NCBI GenBank assembly: GCA_030390025.1 | Contig: JASTWF010000336.1 | Coordinates: 372,001 to 436,000 of the forward strand | Source of the DNA: Squalus acanthias | Taxonomy: Eukaryota | Direction: 5' to 3' | DNA length: 64,000 bases | Part shown: one piece after another, positions 62,601 to 64,000 of the stretch | Numbering within the stretch: position 1 is the stretch's first letter | Layout of the letters: every line of letters starts with the position of its first letter | Program-made: the position numbers and the translations under genes | The notes under the pieces: generated by a model | The model's database searches: none | What the model saw: the letters and a program-made list of their open reading frames with translations, nothing else | Told to the model about the DNA's origin: nothing

Positions 62601-63580
62601 GGGCTGTGCCCGGTAAGGTGACCAGAGTCGGGGACCTGCTCGATGGCGGAGGAGCGGGCTGGATGGCGCCGGAGGAGTTGGCGAGGCGCGTGTCCTGGGT
62701 CAACGTCCGGCTCGCGGTCAAAGCCATCGAGTCGCTAAAAGTGGCACTGGGCCCCGTCTCCACTAGGTGTGTCGAGGAGGCTCAAGCACGTGGGGCGATC
62801 CCGTCCGAACTGACCCCCGTTCGGACGGAATTCCTTATCGGCGCCCGGCCCCGAATCCTCCCTCGGGAGCCGCCGCCTCACCACTTGAGCCTTCTCGGAG
62901 AAATGCCCTCCGTGCCCTTTCAATCCGCACGGAGGCGTTTCCTGTACGGGCTGCTCCTGCACACTCTCCACTTTGCCATCTTCGTCTGCCGTCCGGACAC
63001 GCCTTGGCGTACCATCCTGCCGTCCGGCGGAGGCGAAGGTCCCCATTGGAAGGCTCTCTACGCGGGAGTCTTCCCTTGTTCTATTGGGGACTTGGCCTGG
63101 AGGGTGTTGCACGGAGCAGTCCCGTGCAATAGGATTTTAAGTAGGTTTACGGACTCCCAGGGTGCTTGCCATTTCTGCGGCCTGGAGGAGTCCGTCTATC
63201 ACATTTATATTGAGTGTGAGAGGTTGCAGCCCCTCTTTCATTATTTGAAGGGGCTGCTCCTCAATTTCTGGTTGCACTTCAGCCCCACGCTCCTGATCTA
63301 CGGTCACCCGGTGCGGAGGGGAGCGGGTAGGTCGGAGGACCTCCTCGTTGGACTGCTCCTGGGCCTGGCCAAGAAAGCCATTAATTGGTCCAGGCAGCGG
63401 GCGGTCGAGGGGGTCGTTCGGCCCGATTGCCTGCCTCTCTTCCGCGGCCATGTTCGCGCCCGGGTGGCCCTGGAGATGGAGCACGCGGTGTCCGCCGGCA
63501 CGCTTGAGTTTTTCCGCGACCGGTGGGCGCCGCGGGGACTGGAGTGCATCGTCACCCCGGACTTCCAAATTTTGATTTGA
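59680..63580 (+). CDS. Tx1-A ORF2, one frameshift in a G run at 60398-60406
   Basis: ORFs 59662-60426 and 60515-63580 match the intact ORF2 of copy 1; G9 versus G8. Confidence 0.92.
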
Positions 63581-63683
63581 TTTGTTAAGTTTCATTTAAA
63601 GTTTTAATTGATTTACAGTAAATTTGTGTTTGTCCAACCAAAAAGAGCAACACCAGGTTATAGTCCAACAGATTTATTTAATT

Positions 63684-63722
63684 TTACAAGCTTTCGAAGC
63701 AGTTCGCTCCTTCGTCACGTAA
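63684..63722 (-). ncRNA. Hammerhead motif variant (core C3 changed to G)
   Basis: Minus strand TTAC-GTGACGA-A-GGAGC-GAACT-GCTTC-GAAA-GCTT-GTAA. Confidence 0.65.
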
Positions 63723-64000
63723 GTTAGCAATGAGAGAATCTCCCAGAATTCACAATTTAAACCCAGACAAAATCGATTCACATTATTCCCTACAACAAAG
63801 AGCACAGCCAAGACAATGAGTTGTGTCCCAGGGGGTCGAACGTGTCAAACCACCTGCTTGCTGCATATCCTGTCAATTTGTGTTCTTGTGTTAGTCTTTT
63901 TAAAAATAAACACCTGGGAAGACCGGCCATGATGTCAAGTCACGTTCTGTATCGTGACATGAACCCGATATCGCGATTGAGGCCATCCTCATGTGTGCGG

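Larger units (their letters stand above)
49010..63648 (+). mobile_element. Tx1 family A copy 2 (49010-49308 plus 56919-63648), interrupted by Tx1-B
   Basis: 49010-49308 matches the reverse complement of 40716-41034; resumes at the (GT)n at 56919; 52-bp flanking repeats 48958-49009 and 63649-63700. Confidence 0.92.

Overview
Vertebrate DNA, most likely a cartilaginous fish (inferred from HE1-like V-SINE, Deu-domain SINE and HER1/CR1-type LINEs). It holds a dispersed replication-dependent histone cluster: H2A(pseudo,+), H3(-), H4(-), H1(-), H2B(+), H2A(frameshifted,+), H4(+), tRNA-Gly(TCC), H2A(+), H3(pseudo,-), each histone gene with a 3' stem-loop. The rest is many CR1 LINE fragments, an RTE fragment, two SINEs, an ~11.5 kb 41/46-bp satellite, a ~1.4 kb tandem repeat, a >=4.2 kb segmental duplication, and three near-intact GC-rich Tx1-clade non-LTR retrotransposons. 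The most notable signal is that both copies of one Tx1 family (A) sit at the same position in a short repeat carrying a minimal type I hammerhead ribozyme (Penelope/retrozyme-like). Each is bracketed by a 52-bp target repeat, and the element 5' end begins with an inverted copy of the hammerhead core. These hammerhead repeats are inserted in the H4 TATA box and the H3 5' end. A second hammerhead family forms a ~220-bp-arm palindrome upstream of H2B. A second Tx1 family (B) is nested in the 5' UTR of one A copy. All alignments and counts were made by eye.
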